Part shown: positions 6,844 to 16,563 of the stretch, piece after piece
How the letters are laid out: every line of letters starts with the position of its first letter
Numbering within the stretch: position 1 is the first letter of the stretch
Source of the DNA: an uncultured Eubacteriales bacterium
GTDB lineage: Bacteria; Bacillota; Clostridia; Oscillospirales; CAG-272
Assembly (NCBI GenBank): GCA_949286815.1
Contig: CASEEB010000223.1
Span: 1 to 29,466, forward strand
Direction: 5' to 3'
DNA length: 29,466 nt
Translations under genes and position numbers: made by a program
Notes under the pieces: generated by a model
What the model saw: the letters and a program-made list of their open reading frames with translations, nothing else
Database searches by the model: none
What the model was told of the DNA's origin: nothing

Positions 6844-8700
6844 ATGCCGCAAACCGGCGAAGATATCAAACGGCTTCTTGAAAAAGCGAATACTCTTCCG
6901 CAAAGACCCGGCGTTTACATTATGAAAAACGCCGGTGGTAATGTCATATATGTGGGTAAGTCAAGAAAGCTTAAGAACAGAGTCACCTCATATTTCAGGA
7001 ACGGAGATAAGACTCCGAAAACCGCAAGGATGGTGTCGTCTGTGAGAGAATTCGACTATTATGTCTGCGACACGGAGATTGAGGCGCTGACCCTTGAAAA
7101 TACACTGATAAAGCAATACAGTCCGAAATACAACATTAAACTGAAAGACGCGAAATCATATCCTTATATAAAAATTACCGATGAAGAATATCCGAGACTT
7201 GTGATGACGAGAAAAAGGGACGACGATAAATGCAAATATTACGGTCCTTATTCTGGCGTATCGACTGTTTTTTCGGTAATAAACACATTGTCAGCGGCGC
7301 TGGGACTGCCGAACTGCAAGAAAAAATTTCCCGCGGATATAGGAAAAGAGCGTCCGTGTATGTATTATCAGATGAAAAAATGTTGCGGAGTATGTACCGG
7401 AAATGTCAACGCCGCGGAGTATGCCGAAAAAATAAAATACGCGTCGGATATCCTGAGAGGGAACACCGCTGTTGTCAGGCGTGAGCTTACAGATAAAATG
7501 TACAGGCTGGCACAGGAGGAAAGATTTGAGGCCGCCGCGAAATGCAGGGATACCATTAATGCGCTTGAAAAACTGAGTCAGAAGCAAAAAGTGGTTGCCG
7601 CACCCGGGGTGGAGCACGATGTAATAGGGATGTATGCGGACGATATTTGCACATCGGTTTCTGTTTTTTATATAAGAGACGGCGCGGTGAGCGACAGAAG
7701 CGAATATGTTTTCGGCTCGGACAGAATTGTGGATGAAAGCAATATAAGTTCGTTTATCTGCGAGCACTACAGGATACGTGAGTATATACCGAAAGAGATA
7801 TTGATATCATTTCCGCTTGAACCGGAGGAAAAAGAGCTTATATGCGAATATCTTACTTCGCTTGCCGGTCATAAGGTGACGCTCAGGACACCGGAGCGAG
7901 GAGATTTAAAAACTCTTTGCGAGATGGTTAAGGAAAACGCCGCCGAGAAGGCAAAGCTGTACAGAATCGAAAACGAAAAGGATGACAGGGTGCTTTTGCG
8001 GCTTGCTCAGCTTCTCGGACTTGAGGTGTATCCCGAAAAAATAGAAGCATATGATATATCAAATCTCGGTAAAGAGCACATAACCGGAGGAATGATAGCC
8101 ACGGAACGGACAAGATTTTTAAAGTCCGCGTACAGAAGCTTTAAAATCAGGAGTCTCTCCGATAAGACAGATGATTATACCGCTATGAGGGAAATGCTGA
8201 GCAGGAGACTGGATCATCTTTCGGACGACGACGGAGCTTTTTCGCAGGCTCCGGATCTTATTTTGCTGGACGGCGGAAAGGGGCATGTTTCGGTTATCAG
8301 AGAGCTGTTGCTGGAGAAAAATATCGACATTCCGGTGTACGGAATGGTAAAAGACGACTTTCATAAGACAAGGGCTCTTTGCAGCGACTGCGAGGAAATA
8401 AGCATAGCCAAGGAAAATTCAGTATTTGTGTTTATTTATAAGATACAGGAAGAGGTACACCGATTTACGGTTTCGCGTATGACCGACGCCAAGAGAAAAA
8501 CTCTGACGACATCTTCTCTGACAAAGATAAGCGGAATAGGAGAGGCAAAAGCCAAAATACTGCTGAAAAGCTTCGGCGGTATATCCGGCGTTAAGAACGC
8601 GAGTGTGGAACAGCTTGCCGCGGTTAAAGGAATCAGCGAAAGAGACGCCCGAAATATACGGCAATATTACGACGGTGAAAATACGGACGAAAGGAATTAA
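6844..8700 (+). CDS. uvrC: Excinuclease ABC subunit C
   Basis: GIY-YIG domain (PGVYIM...VIYVGKS), Cys cluster, UVR domain (ERFEAAAKCRD), RNase H-like IEAYDISN and LILLDGGKGH, C-terminal HhH (ISGIGEAKAK). ATG at 6844 has an AGGGGG RBS and is preferred over the TTG at 6775. Confidence 0.97.
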   Translation: MPQTGEDIKRLLEKANTLPQRPGVYIMKNAGGNVIYVGKSRKLKNRVTSYFRNGDKTPKTARMVSSVREFDYYVCDTEIEALTLENTLIKQYSPKYNIKLKDAKSYPYIKITDEEYPRLVMTRKRDDDKCKYYGPYSGVSTVFSVINTLSAALGLPNCKKKFPADIGKERPCMYYQMKKCCGVCTGNVNAAEYAEKIKYASDILRGNTAVVRRELTDKMYRLAQEERFEAAAKCRDTINALEKLSQKQKVVAAPGVEHDVIGMYADDICTSVSVFYIRDGAVSDRSEYVFGSDRIVDESNISSFICEHYRIREYIPKEILISFPLEPEEKELICEYLTSLAGHKVTLRTPERGDLKTLCEMVKENAAEKAKLYRIENEKDDRVLLRLAQLLGLEVYPEKIEAYDISNLGKEHITGGMIATERTRFLKSAYRSFKIRSLSDKTDDYTAMREMLSRRLDHLSDDDGAFSQAPDLILLDGGKGHVSVIRELLLEKNIDIPVYGMVKDDFHKTRALCSDCEEISIAKENSVFVFIYKIQEEVHRFTVSRMTDAKRKTLTTSSLTKISGIGEAKAKILLKSFGGISGVKNASVEQLAAVKGISERDARNIRQYYDGENTDERN

Positions 8701-8705
8701 ACAAT

Positions 8706-9272
8706 ATGATGCGGGTTATAACCGGACGCGCTAAGGGGACGAAGCTTTATGCTCTTGAGGGTCTTCAGACAAGACCTACGTCGGAGAGAGCCAAGGAGGG
8801 TTTGTTTTCCATGATTCAGTTTGATATCGAGGGCAGAAAAGTACTTGATCTGTACGCGGGTACGGGGCAGCTTGGAATTGAGGCTTTGTCACGCGGAGCA
8901 ACCTATGCCGTGTTTGTGGACAAATCGAAGGACGCGTCTGAAGTTATAAAAAAGAATCTTGTCAAAACCGGGCTTGAACAAAGCGGTAAAGTAATTTGCG
9001 GCGATGTCGCCGCTTTTCTGAAAGCTGATTCGGAGAAATATGATATTGTTTTTATCGACCCTCCGTACGACTTGCGCGTCGTGCCGTCAGCGCTTGAGTC
9101 GCTGCTTGAAAATAAACTGCTGAAGCCGACTTCGGTTGTTGTTTGCGAGAGCAGAGAAAAAGATGTGCTTGAGGGACATGATGAGCTTAATAAATATTTT
9201 GAGGCTTTAAGAAAAGCAAGTTACGGAATTGCGAATATTACAATTTTTAAGATGAGAACGGAGGACATTTGA
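8706..9272 (+). CDS. rsmD: 16S rRNA (guanine966-N2)-methyltransferase
   Basis: MRVITG, TRPTSERAKEGLF, LDLYAGTG and DPPY motifs; usual rsmD-coaD gene order. Confidence 0.95.
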   Translation: MMRVITGRAKGTKLYALEGLQTRPTSERAKEGLFSMIQFDIEGRKVLDLYAGTGQLGIEALSRGATYAVFVDKSKDASEVIKKNLVKTGLEQSGKVICGDVAAFLKADSEKYDIVFIDPPYDLRVVPSALESLLENKLLKPTSVVVCESREKDVLEGHDELNKYFEALRKASYGIANITIFKMRTEDI

Positions 9273-9790
9273 TGAATGCTTTGATACCGGGAAGTTTTGA
9301 CCCGATAACCCTGGGGCACCTGAATATCATAGAACGCGCTTCCCCTATGTTTGAGAAAATATACGTCGCCGTGATGAACAACGATTCCGGCGATTATGAC
9401 AAAAGCCTTGTCTCAAAGAAAAATATGTTTGACGGAGAACAACGGCTCGAAATGGTAAAGCTTACGATTGAGGGAACAGATAACGCTTTTGCCGTGTATT
9501 ATCCCGGAAGACTTATTGATTTTTGCGACGAGTATGATATTTGCGCGGTAATAAGGGGAGTAAGAACGGCGAAGGATTTTGAGTATGAAATGATACATGC
9601 CGAATGGAACCGTAAGCACAATAAAAAAGCTCAGGCGCTTTTTATGCCCGCGGACGAAAAGTTCGATTATATTAGCTCTACCGCAGTGCGTAAAATAATT
9701 GCCGAGAAGAAGGATTATTACAGATTGCGCGGAATGCTTGCGGAAAAGGCGATTGACTATATATCAAATTGCTTCGGAATAGAAGAATAA
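9269..9790 (+). CDS. coaD: Pantetheine-phosphate adenylyltransferase
   Basis: PGSFDPITLGH (HxGH-type), IRGVR...DFEYE and ISST motifs; overlaps the rsmD stop codon. Confidence 0.93.
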   Translation: MMNALIPGSFDPITLGHLNIIERASPMFEKIYVAVMNNDSGDYDKSLVSKKNMFDGEQRLEMVKLTIEGTDNAFAVYYPGRLIDFCDEYDICAVIRGVRTAKDFEYEMIHAEWNRKHNKKAQALFMPADEKFDYISSTAVRKIIAEKKDYYRLRGMLAEKAIDYISNCFGIEE

Positions 9791-10084
9791 ATTTCGGTAA
9801 TTCTGTTTGGTTGCAACGATGACCGCCTGTGTGACATGTTTAGGCGATTTTTGTCTGTAAATCAGATAAAAATAATGTCAGATTTTAAAATAATCCGTAA
9901 TTTTAAGAAAAGTTAATACTCGGTTTACGTTTTTAAGTTATTATAATATCGGAGATTGCCGTTTTCGGAATTTTTCGGACATATGTATCCGTGCCGAATC
10001 GGAGATTTACATTTTCTTAAGTCAGAATGGCAGACAATTTTTTTAAAGAACCTTGAGGGACAAAAAGAAAAAGGAGTGAATTTT

Positions 10085-10687
10085 ATGACGTTAAAAAAGA
10101 GTGTGCTTGCGAATATGATAGTATCGTTGATATTCGGAGTGTTGCTGGGCTTGGTTTTGCTTATTATAGCAGAAAATGTTTTGGTTACGGATCTGATTAA
10201 ATGGGCATTGATAATAACCGGTATTATTATAATTATTACAAACATTCCGTCACTTGTCGCCGGAATTGTGAATATAAACACAAAGGTTGGCGTACTTGAC
10301 ATTATTTTTTCGGTTTTCGGAATACTGTTCGGCGCACTCATGATAATTATGCAGAACAGCGTCATTACCATCCTTGTCGCGGTTTACCTTGTAATATTTC
10401 CCATCGTCAGAATACTTATCGCTCCCGATAAGGCGAATCAGCTTAAAAGTCAGTGGCTGAAAATTCTTATAGGCATACTTTTGTGGGTGTTTCTCCCCGG
10501 AATTATGGGCGCGGCAAACAGTATTGTTCTTTTGCTTATCAAAATCGCGGGATGGGCGGTTATAGGTATTTCGATAATCTCGTTTATAATATCTCTTATT
10601 ACTTTTATTGTAGCGCTGAAAAAGGTTGAAAAGCTGAAAAGTCAGACCGAGCCGGATTTTGTGGAGACGACGGCGGAAGAAAAATAA
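10085..10687 (+). CDS. Small polytopic membrane protein (HdeD/DUF308-like), function unknown
   Basis: ATG at 10085 follows an AAGGAG RBS; the 43-codon upstream extension in the ORF track is unlikely. About 6 hydrophobic helices. Confidence 0.6.
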   Translation: MTLKKSVLANMIVSLIFGVLLGLVLLIIAENVLVTDLIKWALIITGIIIIITNIPSLVAGIVNINTKVGVLDIIFSVFGILFGALMIIMQNSVITILVAVYLVIFPIVRILIAPDKANQLKSQWLKILIGILLWVFLPGIMGAANSIVLLLIKIAGWAVIGISIISFIISLITFIVALKKVEKLKSQTEPDFVETTAEEK

Positions 10688-10695
10688 TTTAAATG

Positions 10696-10733
10696 AAAAA
10701 CGGCGGTGTATTGCACAGGACCGCCGTTTTTCT
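10696..10733 (+). terminator. Intrinsic terminator
   Basis: AAAAACGGCGGT...ACCGCCGTTTTT, directly after the stop codon. Confidence 0.85.
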
Positions 10734-10903
10734 GTTGCAAAGCGGAAATTTCAGACAAAACAGACTTTACGGAAATTATGTAAAATGATTACATGATTTT
10801 TTAATCTGAAATTTAAATGCCCGGCATATAAATTCATGTTCGGCTCATAGAATTAAAGGGTCGCAAATCCGAAAAAATTTTTCAATAATTTGTATGATTC
10901 CTA

Positions 10904-10932
10904 TTGCAATTTTAAAACGTGTATGATATAAT
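10904..10932 (+). promoter_or_regulatory. Sigma-A promoter of the glycoside hydrolase
   Basis: TTGCAA (10904-10909), 17 bp spacer, TATAAT (10927-10932), with extended -10 TG. Confidence 0.8.
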
Positions 10933-10967
10933 TTGTACAACCTTAAAAACCGAAAGGATATATTTTT

Positions 10968-13900
10968 ATGGATATCAGGCAGATTACAAATGAATTTAAA
11001 AATCCGTCAGGATTATACAGAGGCAAGCCTTTCTGGTCATGGAACGGCGAACTCAGGGAAGACGAGCTTATCCGTCAGGTTGACGTGATGAAGGAAATGG
11101 GATTGGGTGGATTTTTTATGCACTCAAGAGCCGGACTCATCACTGAATATCTCGGAGAAGAGTGGTTTGAGCTTACAAACGCGGTGGCTGACTACGCGGA
11201 AAAGGTGGGCATGGAAGCCTGGCTTTACGACGAAGACAGATGGCCTTCGGGAAGCGCGGGAGGCAAAGTTACCGTTGACCCTCAGTACAGAATGAAATCA
11301 CTGTACATATACGAAATGCTTCCGCAGGCATTTGAGTGGAAAGACGACACATACGCGGTGTTTGTGGCTAAGCTTGACGGGCTTTCGATGTGGAGCTACA
11401 AGAGAGTGGAAAAGGGAGAGGATATCGACTCGCTTATTGCCGAAGAGGAGAAAAAGGTATCCGACCGTCCCGGAGTCTGGAAAGTGCTTCGTTTCGCTAT
11501 AGTCCCGGATCCGTGCAATTCAAATTATAACGGCACTACATATATTGACACCATGAGCGTCAAGGCAGTGCGCAGATTTATCGAGCTTACGCATGAACAA
11601 TACAAGAAAAAATGCAAAGACAGGCTTGGAAAATCAATAAAGGGAATATTTACCGACGAGCCCCACAGAGGTCACGCCATGGATTTCCGCAGTGAGGAAA
11701 ACGGAGTAATAAGCTCTGCTATGTGCTGGACCGATGATATTTTTGAGGAATTTGAAAAGAGATACGGATACGACGCGCTTGCCTGCATCCCCGAACTGTT
11801 CTACTGGCCGGAAGGGTGTAAGGTGGCAAAGGTCAAACTTCATTATTTTGATTTGGCAAACAATCTGTTTGTCGAAAGATTCGCAAAGCAGATAAACGAT
11901 TGGTGCAAAGAAAACAATATTATATTTACCGGTCACGTGCTTCACGAGGATTCACTTACAAATCAGACAGTTCCGAACGGCTCTCTTATGCGTTTTTACG
12001 AGGAAATGGGTTGTCCGGGCATAGACATTCTTACCGAGGGCAACCGCTGCTATTGGGCGGCAAAACAGCTTCAGTCGGCGGCGCGTCAGCTTGGCAAGAC
12101 ATGGATGCTGTCGGAGCTTTACGGCTGTACGGGATGGCAGTTTAACTTCAAATCTCATAAGGCGGTGGGAGACTGGCAGGCTTTGTTCGGAATCAATCTG
12201 CGTTGTCAGCATCTGTCCTGGTATACCATGGAGGGCGAGTCAAAGCGTGACTATCCGGCGTCAATACTTCACCAGTCGCCGTGGTATCCCTACTATGATA
12301 AGGTAGAGTCATATTTCGGTCGCTTCGGGCTTGTTATGAGCGAGGGCAGTGCCGCGTGCGACGTGCTTGTGATAAATCCCATCGAGTCTGTATGGTGTCA
12401 GACTTATCTCGGATGGGCAAGATGGATATCAAACGCTTCTCCCGATATAGAGCCGTATGAAAAAAGATATGTCGAGCTGTTCCATATGCTTATCGACAAC
12501 CATATTGACTTTGACTACGGCGAAGAGGATATGCTGGGCAGATTGTTCGCGATAGAAAAGGACGCAAACGGAAAAGCCGTTCTTGCGGTGGGCAAGTCCC
12601 GTTATCATGTTGTGGTAGTCAGCAATATGCTTACCATTCGTCCCTCAACCGTTTCTATCCTGAAAGAATTTATAAAGCAGGGAGGAAAAGTCATACTCGC
12701 GGGAGATTATCCCATGTACTGCAACGCGGAAGCTTTTGACGGTCCTTTCCCGCTTGAAAAGGGTTCCGTAACCGTTCCTTTTGAGGAAAACGCAATTGTA
12801 AACGCGATAAGAGAATTTTCTGAGGAGTATATAAGCATTACCGACAAAGAGGGCAATGTTCTCAAGGATGTGCTTGTACAGGCAAGGCATGACTTCGGAG
12901 GCGACGGGGACGCGTTTGTCATTCTCAACGCCGACCGAAACAATCCGAAGGATTATGTTAAGATAACCGTTAAAACCGATAAATTCTGTGTTGAAAAATG
13001 GGATCTGGAAACGGGAGAACGCTATAACGCAAGCGCCAATGCTTCTTCAAAGGGCGGATTTGTTGAAATAACGACACGTCTTGAGCCTGCCGGAACCGAG
13101 TGCTTTGTTATTACGGATTCTCAGAACAGCGATTTGCCGGTACAGAAGGAATATGAGACCGTATCCTCCGCGATTATAGACGGCAGCTTTGATTATGTGC
13201 TTGATGAAAATAATGTCTGCGTCGTCGACTGGGTTAAATGGAGATGGGCAGACGGAGAGTGGAGTGATAAGCTTGAAGTTCTGAAAGCCGACCAGGCTAT
13301 TCGCGACAGTGTCGGACTTGAGCACCGCGGAGGCGGAATGCTTCAGCCGTGGTATTCTAAGCTCAACGACAAAAAGATATACGGTGAGCTTGAGCTTGAG
13401 TATGAGTTTGATATAAAAGATATGCCCAAGGGTAAAGTCGTTCTTGCCGGAGAGCGTCCCGAATTCAATGAGTACAGCATAAACGGCGTAAGACTTTACA
13501 ACAAGGATATACATGACTTCTGGGTTGACGACTGCTTTAAAAAGATGGAGATACCGGATGGGGTATTGAAGACAGGCAAAAATGTTATCTCGGTTAAGAC
13601 CTCATTTATGCGCACTACCAATGTCGAAGCGGTATATATTATCGGGGAATTCGGAGTTATCGCGGGCACGAAGAGCGCATCCATTACAACGGTTCCCGAT
13701 AAGATCGGTTGTGAGAACTATGAGAATTACAACCTGCCGTTCTATACCGGCTGCGTGACATACAAGCTTACACCCGAAATGTACGCGGATAAATTACAGC
13801 TTAACGACGGAGAAAGGGTATTTTTGAGTCCCAAATCGTTTACCGGAGGATGTGTAAAGGTAAGCGCCGACAATATGGAGGATGTGATTTTGGCATGGAA

Positions 13901-14123
13901 TCCCTACGAGGCGGATGTGACCGAGGCACTTAAAGCCAAAAAGACGATAGACGTTACGGTAGTAGGTACAAGAAGAAATGTGTTCGGTCCGCTTCACCAG
14001 ATTCCAAAGATTGACACTGCGTACGGTCCCGGAAACTTTGTGACCGGAGGCAAGGGATGGACAGATGAATACAGCCTTATCGACAGCGGGCTTACGGGCA
14101 TAGTGCTCAAAACCTGCAAATAA
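10968..14123 (+). CDS. Glycoside hydrolase, GH106 (alpha-L-rhamnosidase-like) family, probably cytoplasmic
   Basis: PFWSWNG...MKEMGLGGFFMH, WLYDEDRWPSG, GIFTDEP, PGIDIL and SELYG motifs; 1051 aa; no signal peptide. Substrate cannot be determined from sequence. Confidence 0.75.
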   Translation: MDIRQITNEFKNPSGLYRGKPFWSWNGELREDELIRQVDVMKEMGLGGFFMHSRAGLITEYLGEEWFELTNAVADYAEKVGMEAWLYDEDRWPSGSAGGKVTVDPQYRMKSLYIYEMLPQAFEWKDDTYAVFVAKLDGLSMWSYKRVEKGEDIDSLIAEEEKKVSDRPGVWKVLRFAIVPDPCNSNYNGTTYIDTMSVKAVRRFIELTHEQYKKKCKDRLGKSIKGIFTDEPHRGHAMDFRSEENGVISSAMCWTDDIFEEFEKRYGYDALACIPELFYWPEGCKVAKVKLHYFDLANNLFVERFAKQINDWCKENNIIFTGHVLHEDSLTNQTVPNGSLMRFYEEMGCPGIDILTEGNRCYWAAKQLQSAARQLGKTWMLSELYGCTGWQFNFKSHKAVGDWQALFGINLRCQHLSWYTMEGESKRDYPASILHQSPWYPYYDKVESYFGRFGLVMSEGSAACDVLVINPIESVWCQTYLGWARWISNASPDIEPYEKRYVELFHMLIDNHIDFDYGEEDMLGRLFAIEKDANGKAVLAVGKSRYHVVVVSNMLTIRPSTVSILKEFIKQGGKVILAGDYPMYCNAEAFDGPFPLEKGSVTVPFEENAIVNAIREFSEEYISITDKEGNVLKDVLVQARHDFGGDGDAFVILNADRNNPKDYVKITVKTDKFCVEKWDLETGERYNASANASSKGGFVEITTRLEPAGTECFVITDSQNSDLPVQKEYETVSSAIIDGSFDYVLDENNVCVVDWVKWRWADGEWSDKLEVLKADQAIRDSVGLEHRGGGMLQPWYSKLNDKKIYGELELEYEFDIKDMPKGKVVLAGERPEFNEYSINGVRLYNKDIHDFWVDDCFKKMEIPDGVLKTGKNVISVKTSFMRTTNVEAVYIIGEFGVIAGTKSASITTVPDKIGCENYENYNLPFYTGCVTYKLTPEMYADKLQLNDGERVFLSPKSFTGGCVKVSADNMEDVILAWNPYEADVTEALKAKKTIDVTVVGTRRNVFGPLHQIPKIDTAYGPGNFVTGGKGWTDEYSLIDSGLTGIVLKTCK

Positions 14124-14160
14124 TTCATGGGTAATTTTTTATAAATTATTCCGAACCGAA

Positions 14161-14195
14161 AATCCCTTGCATTGTTTTTAACTTTGCAGGGGATT
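14161..14195. terminator. 11 bp hairpin after the hydrolase; possible terminator
   Basis: AATCCCTTGCA / TGCAGGGGATT. The U-tract on the plus strand is poor. Confidence 0.45.
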
Positions 14196-14266
14196 GAGGT
14201 GTTGAAAAGCCGGGGTGAATATAACGGGCTTTTTAAGATATTAAATTTATAATTATATGGAGAAAT

Positions 14267-15310
14267 ATGATGACGGAAGCTGATAAAAAGTACAGAAATC
14301 TGAACAACAGAATAGGCGCGGCCTTGCTGATTTTTCTGGCGTTTTTTACGGGCGGTCAGATTATACAGTCAGAGTTTGACCTGATTATAGAATATTTCGC
14401 GTCAAGCAAAGTGTCTTATATCGTTTCAAGTCTGCTTTGGGACGTGATATATCTTTGCTCTTTTATGTTGCCTGTGCTTTTCTTTTATAAAATGTCAAAA
14501 AACCGCCATACCGAAAAAATGATTATCGGCAATAGGGTCTCACCGCTTTTGCCGCTTATTGTTCTGTCGGCTTTGGCTTTGAATTTAGTGGCTTCGGTAA
14601 TCAACGCGTGGCTTGTTTCTCCGTTTGATCTGTCATCGCTATACGAAACCGTCACTTATCCGGACGGATATCATCTGTACGATTTTATTCTCGAAGTTAT
14701 AGGAACCGCAATAGTCCCCGCGTTCTGTGAGGAATTTCTTTTCCGAGGGCTTATTCTTGCCTGTCTTTTGCCTTACGGCAAAAAAACCGCTGTAATAGGC
14801 AGCGCGGTTCTTTTCGGACTTATGCATCAGAATCCCGCTCAGCTTTTTTATACTATTGTTCTGGGCATGGTGTTGGCGTTGATTGTAATTGAGTCTGAGT
14901 CTATATGGGGAGCGGTAATACTTCATTTTGTCAATAATCTTTTCAGCGTGGTAATGAATGCCTGTTATTATGTGATGCCGGCCGATCAGGCGGATTTTAT
15001 AACCAATCTTGCGGTATTGGCGGTATTGGCAGTGGGATTTGTGTGCGGTGTGGTATTGATTGTATTGCGTCTGAAAAAAAGCAGAAAAGCGAAGTTGATT
15101 GAAGCTGAAAAAACACAAAGAAATATAAACGACGGTGTTTTCGGATATTATGCAATAGCTGAGACTGAAAACAAAAATGATTACGGCGTATCGAAAAAAT
15201 ATTATGTAAAAGGTTTTTTTGCTCCGTGCATTGTTGTATTTACTATACTGTCGGTACTCTCAATGGTGTTATTGATTATTTTGGCCGCACTGAACGGAAT
15301 AGTTATGTAA
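14267..15310 (+). CDS. CPBP (CAAX protease/Abi) family intramembrane metalloprotease
   Basis: EEFLFRG, FGLMH and LHFVNN motifs in a polytopic membrane protein. Confidence 0.9.
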   Translation: MMTEADKKYRNLNNRIGAALLIFLAFFTGGQIIQSEFDLIIEYFASSKVSYIVSSLLWDVIYLCSFMLPVLFFYKMSKNRHTEKMIIGNRVSPLLPLIVLSALALNLVASVINAWLVSPFDLSSLYETVTYPDGYHLYDFILEVIGTAIVPAFCEEFLFRGLILACLLPYGKKTAVIGSAVLFGLMHQNPAQLFYTIVLGMVLALIVIESESIWGAVILHFVNNLFSVVMNACYYVMPADQADFITNLAVLAVLAVGFVCGVVLIVLRLKKSRKAKLIEAEKTQRNINDGVFGYYAIAETENKNDYGVSKKYYVKGFFAPCIVVFTILSVLSMVLLIILAALNGIVM

Positions 15311-15329
15311 TCGGCGGATATTTTTATCT

Positions 15330-15851
15330 ATGCCTCTGAAACCGGATTTAAATATGAATGTAATGAATGAAAAAAATGCCGAAAGTTTTGATATGCACAA
15401 TAAATTTATGGAAATCGCCCTGTCGCAGGCGGAACTGTCGCTGAACTCGTCGGATGTCCCGGTCGGAGCGGTTATCGTTAAAGAAGGGAAAATCATAGGA
15501 CGGGGCTTCAATACACGCGAGTTTTGCGGCGACGGCACCGCTCACGCGGAAATAAACGCGATAAGGGAAGCCTGTAAAAATATCGGTGGGTGGCGCCTTT
15601 ACGGCTGTACGATTTATGTAACGCTTGAGCCATGTCCGATGTGCATGGGCGCCATTGTCAATTCCCGTATTTCAAAAGTTGTATTTGGGGTAAAGGACCC
15701 AAAAGCGGGGGCTTGCGGAAGCGTCATTGATTTTAATTCATATCCCTTAAACCACAAGCCCGAAATAATCGGGGATGTTGAAGCGGAAAAATGCTCGCGT
15801 CTGCTTTCGGAGTTTTTTGAAAAGAGGAGAAAAACGGGCAAAAGTAAATAG
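15330..15851 (+). CDS. tadA: tRNA-specific adenosine-34 deaminase
   Basis: DVPVGAVIV, HAEINA, TLEPCPMC and FGVKDPKAGA motifs. The true start may be a downstream ATG. Confidence 0.88.
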   Translation: MPLKPDLNMNVMNEKNAESFDMHNKFMEIALSQAELSLNSSDVPVGAVIVKEGKIIGRGFNTREFCGDGTAHAEINAIREACKNIGGWRLYGCTIYVTLEPCPMCMGAIVNSRISKVVFGVKDPKAGACGSVIDFNSYPLNHKPEIIGDVEAEKCSRLLSEFFEKRRKTGKSK

Positions 15852-15895
15852 GCGCGGGTTTTTAATTATCTTATTGAAAAAGGAGACTTACACAA

Positions 15896-16432
15896 ATGAG
15901 CGACTACAATGAGTATGAGTACACGGTTGCTCAGAAGTCGGAGGGAAAATGGAAGCGCAGACGTTTTTTAATGGTCTTGGGATATGTTATTTTCGGGCTT
16001 CTGTTTTTCTTCGGCTTTTTTGCGTTAAAGCTGTATTCCCTGATGGCGCTTGTTATACTTGCCGAATGGATACTTGTATTTTTTACATGGAGATATGTTT
16101 CGGTAGAATATAAATTTTATACCGCTTCCGGCAAAATATACTTTATTTGTATTTACGGCGGAAGAACCAAAAAGACGGTTTTGGAGATGTCTGTAAAGGA
16201 CTTTGAGAGTATAACTCCGGTTTCGGATGTTTCCGGACTTATATCCGACAAGGGAAAGTACGCAAGGGCGGATATTCTTGTCTCGTCGGAAAGCTCTCCC
16301 GATATATACTGCGGTGTATACAAAAATGCCGCCGGAGGGGATTGCGCGGTCTGTTTTGAGGCGACTCAGAAGCTTCTGAAAATCATGAAATACTACAATC
16401 CCGCCACGGTAATAGGACAGACGAGATTTTAA
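15896..16432 (+). CDS. Conserved membrane protein with two N-terminal TM helices and a probable PH-like cytoplasmic domain (DUF6106-like)
   Basis: AAGGAG RBS; TM pair followed by VEYKF...IYGGRTKKTVLE, which resembles clostridial DUF6106 proteins by eye. Confidence 0.5.
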   Translation: MSDYNEYEYTVAQKSEGKWKRRRFLMVLGYVIFGLLFFFGFFALKLYSLMALVILAEWILVFFTWRYVSVEYKFYTASGKIYFICIYGGRTKKTVLEMSVKDFESITPVSDVSGLISDKGKYARADILVSSESSPDIYCGVYKNAAGGDCAVCFEATQKLLKIMKYYNPATVIGQTRF

Positions 16433-16459
16433 TTTGTCGTAAGTTTAAATTATAATACG

Positions 16460-16510
16460 AAAAACCCGACCGGGTTGAACTCTTAAATGAGTATCCCCGG
16501 CCGGGTATTT
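16460..16510. terminator. Bidirectional terminator between convergent genes
   Basis: AAAAACCCGACCGGG ... CCCGGCCGGGTATTT with an inner ACTC/GAGT stem. Confidence 0.7.
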
Positions 16511-16563
16511 ATTTTGCGCCGAAACTGTTTCGACCTCAGATAATCAATCTGATTAATCTGCTT

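Noticed and set aside
9822-9852. CGCCT/AGGCG hairpin after coaD as a terminator
   Set aside because: Only a 5 bp core stem with a 13 nt loop; possible but too weak to call.
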